Source: a virus
Taxonomy: Duplodnaviria; Caudoviricetes
Virus record (IMG/VR): IMGVR_UViG_3300017991_000137
Span: 1-54,558 of that record
Strand: one strand, 5' to 3'
DNA: 54,558 nt
In this document: positions 53,755 through 54,558 of the stretch, piece after piece
Position numbering within the stretch: the first letter of the stretch is position 1
Layout of the letters: every line of letters begins with the position of its first letter
The notes under the pieces: generated by a model
The model's database searches: none
The model's input: only the letters and a program-made list of their open reading frames with translations
What the model was told of the DNA's origin: nothing
Translations under genes and position numbers: made by a program

Positions 53755-54558
53755 ATGTCCTTTCTGATTCCTCCCTTCTCGGGCGGCTACAATCGTGGCG
53801 GCGAGAACATCGAACCGTTCCCGGATCCCTTCTGCGATTATGCCTCCCTGGCGATGCCCTCGTCACTGCAGAATGCTCTGCGGTGGTGCGAGTACATCAT
53901 GCTTGCCAACGGTGTGTACCGCTCGGCTGTCGACCGTATCGTCTCGTACTTCATCACGGAGATCGAGATCGACGGAACCGACAGAGACACGAAGGAGCGG
54001 TACCTCGACTTCCTGAACGACACCCTCGGGATCATGGATATCCTGCGGCTGATCGCGATGGACTACATCACCTACGGCAACTTCTTCGCCTCGGTCGTGA
54101 CGCCATTCCGGCGACACCTCTCGTGTCCGCAGTGCGGCTTCGAGGCGCCACTCAAGCAGATCTACGACAACGCCAAGTTCGGTATGACATGGGCCGGGCA
54201 CGAGTTCAAGGCGACTTGTCCGTTCTGCCAGTACAGTGGCAAGTGGAAGCACATCGACAGACGATCGACTGAGGAGGACGAGCTGATCGTCAAGCGGTGG
54301 AATCCGCATGAGATGGAGCTGGTCTGGGATCCGTACACCGACACGGTCGGACAGGTATGGCGAATCCCGCAGCACTACAAGCAATTCATCAACAAAGGTA
54401 CGCTTTACCACCTGGAACGAGCGCCTTGGGAAGTAATCCAGGCGATCAAGCACAATACCCACATCCAGTTCAACAAGGACGTCGTGTATCACGGCAAGGA
54501 GGATACACTTGCCGGAGTCCTGAACAAGGGATGGGGTATCAGTCGCATCCTGACGAAC
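53755..54558 (+). CDS. Portal protein, N-terminal part with Zn-ribbon insert (runs off the window edge)
   Basis: Not in the ORF track. MSFLIPP...FPDPFCDYAS..MP...LRWCEY...DYITYGNFFAS..PFRR.LSCPQC...CPFC...RWNPHE...GWGISRIL; YGNxF and GWG are portal-like. Confidence 0.7.
   Translation, partial: MSFLIPPFSGGYNRGGENIEPFPDPFCDYASLAMPSSLQNALRWCEYIMLANGVYRSAVDRIVSYFITEIEIDGTDRDTKERYLDFLNDTLGIMDILRLIAMDYITYGNFFASVVTPFRRHLSCPQCGFEAPLKQIYDNAKFGMTWAGHEFKATCPFCQYSGKWKHIDRRSTEEDELIVKRWNPHEMELVWDPYTDTVGQVWRIPQHYKQFINKGTLYHLERAPWEVIQAIKHNTHIQFNKDVVYHGKEDTLAGVLNKGWGISRILTN

Noticed and set aside
1-54558. CRISPR array or TIGR array to go with the RAMP and Nop-like genes
   Set aside because: No regularly interspaced repeats were found by eye in any intergenic gap; one could lie outside the window.
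1-54558. Alternative genetic code (stop-codon reassignment)
   Set aside because: Genes are intact under code 11 and use all three stops; only one suspicious stop (37502) was seen.

Overview
The window is a GC-rich, gene-dense segment of a large tailed dsDNA phage (Caudoviricetes). It runs from the 5' part of a terminase large subunit (minus strand, left edge) to the 5' part of a portal protein (plus strand, right edge); the ORF track misses both. Between them lies a replication/recombination module: Mre11, Rad50, SF2 helicase, DnaB-like helicase, primase, UDG-fused family A polymerase, putative SSB, RecA-like protein, RuvC, DnaQ-like exonuclease and RNase H. There are also nucleotide-metabolism genes, a sigma-70 factor, NDK, HldE, a Dam-like methylase and an unannotated csrA. 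A PVC-superphylum host (Planctomycetota or Verrucomicrobiota) is inferred but unproven. The best candidate for a new system is 24.3-28.1 kb. It holds an apparently catalytically dead IS110/Nop-domain-like protein, a stand-alone RAMP (Cas7-like) gene with its own promoter, a Zn micro-protein, and a convergent ~105-nt small RNA with its own promoter and terminator, next to an SF2 helicase. No CRISPR or TIGR array is visible. Other highlights: seven copies of a 22-bp palindrome (ATTTWGTTC-N4-GAACAAAAT), mostly at gene starts and roughly 9 kb apart; an aberrant tRNA-Met-like RNA; several structured intergenic elements; and a shared C-terminal peptide motif. All family calls come from reading motifs by eye, not from database searches.
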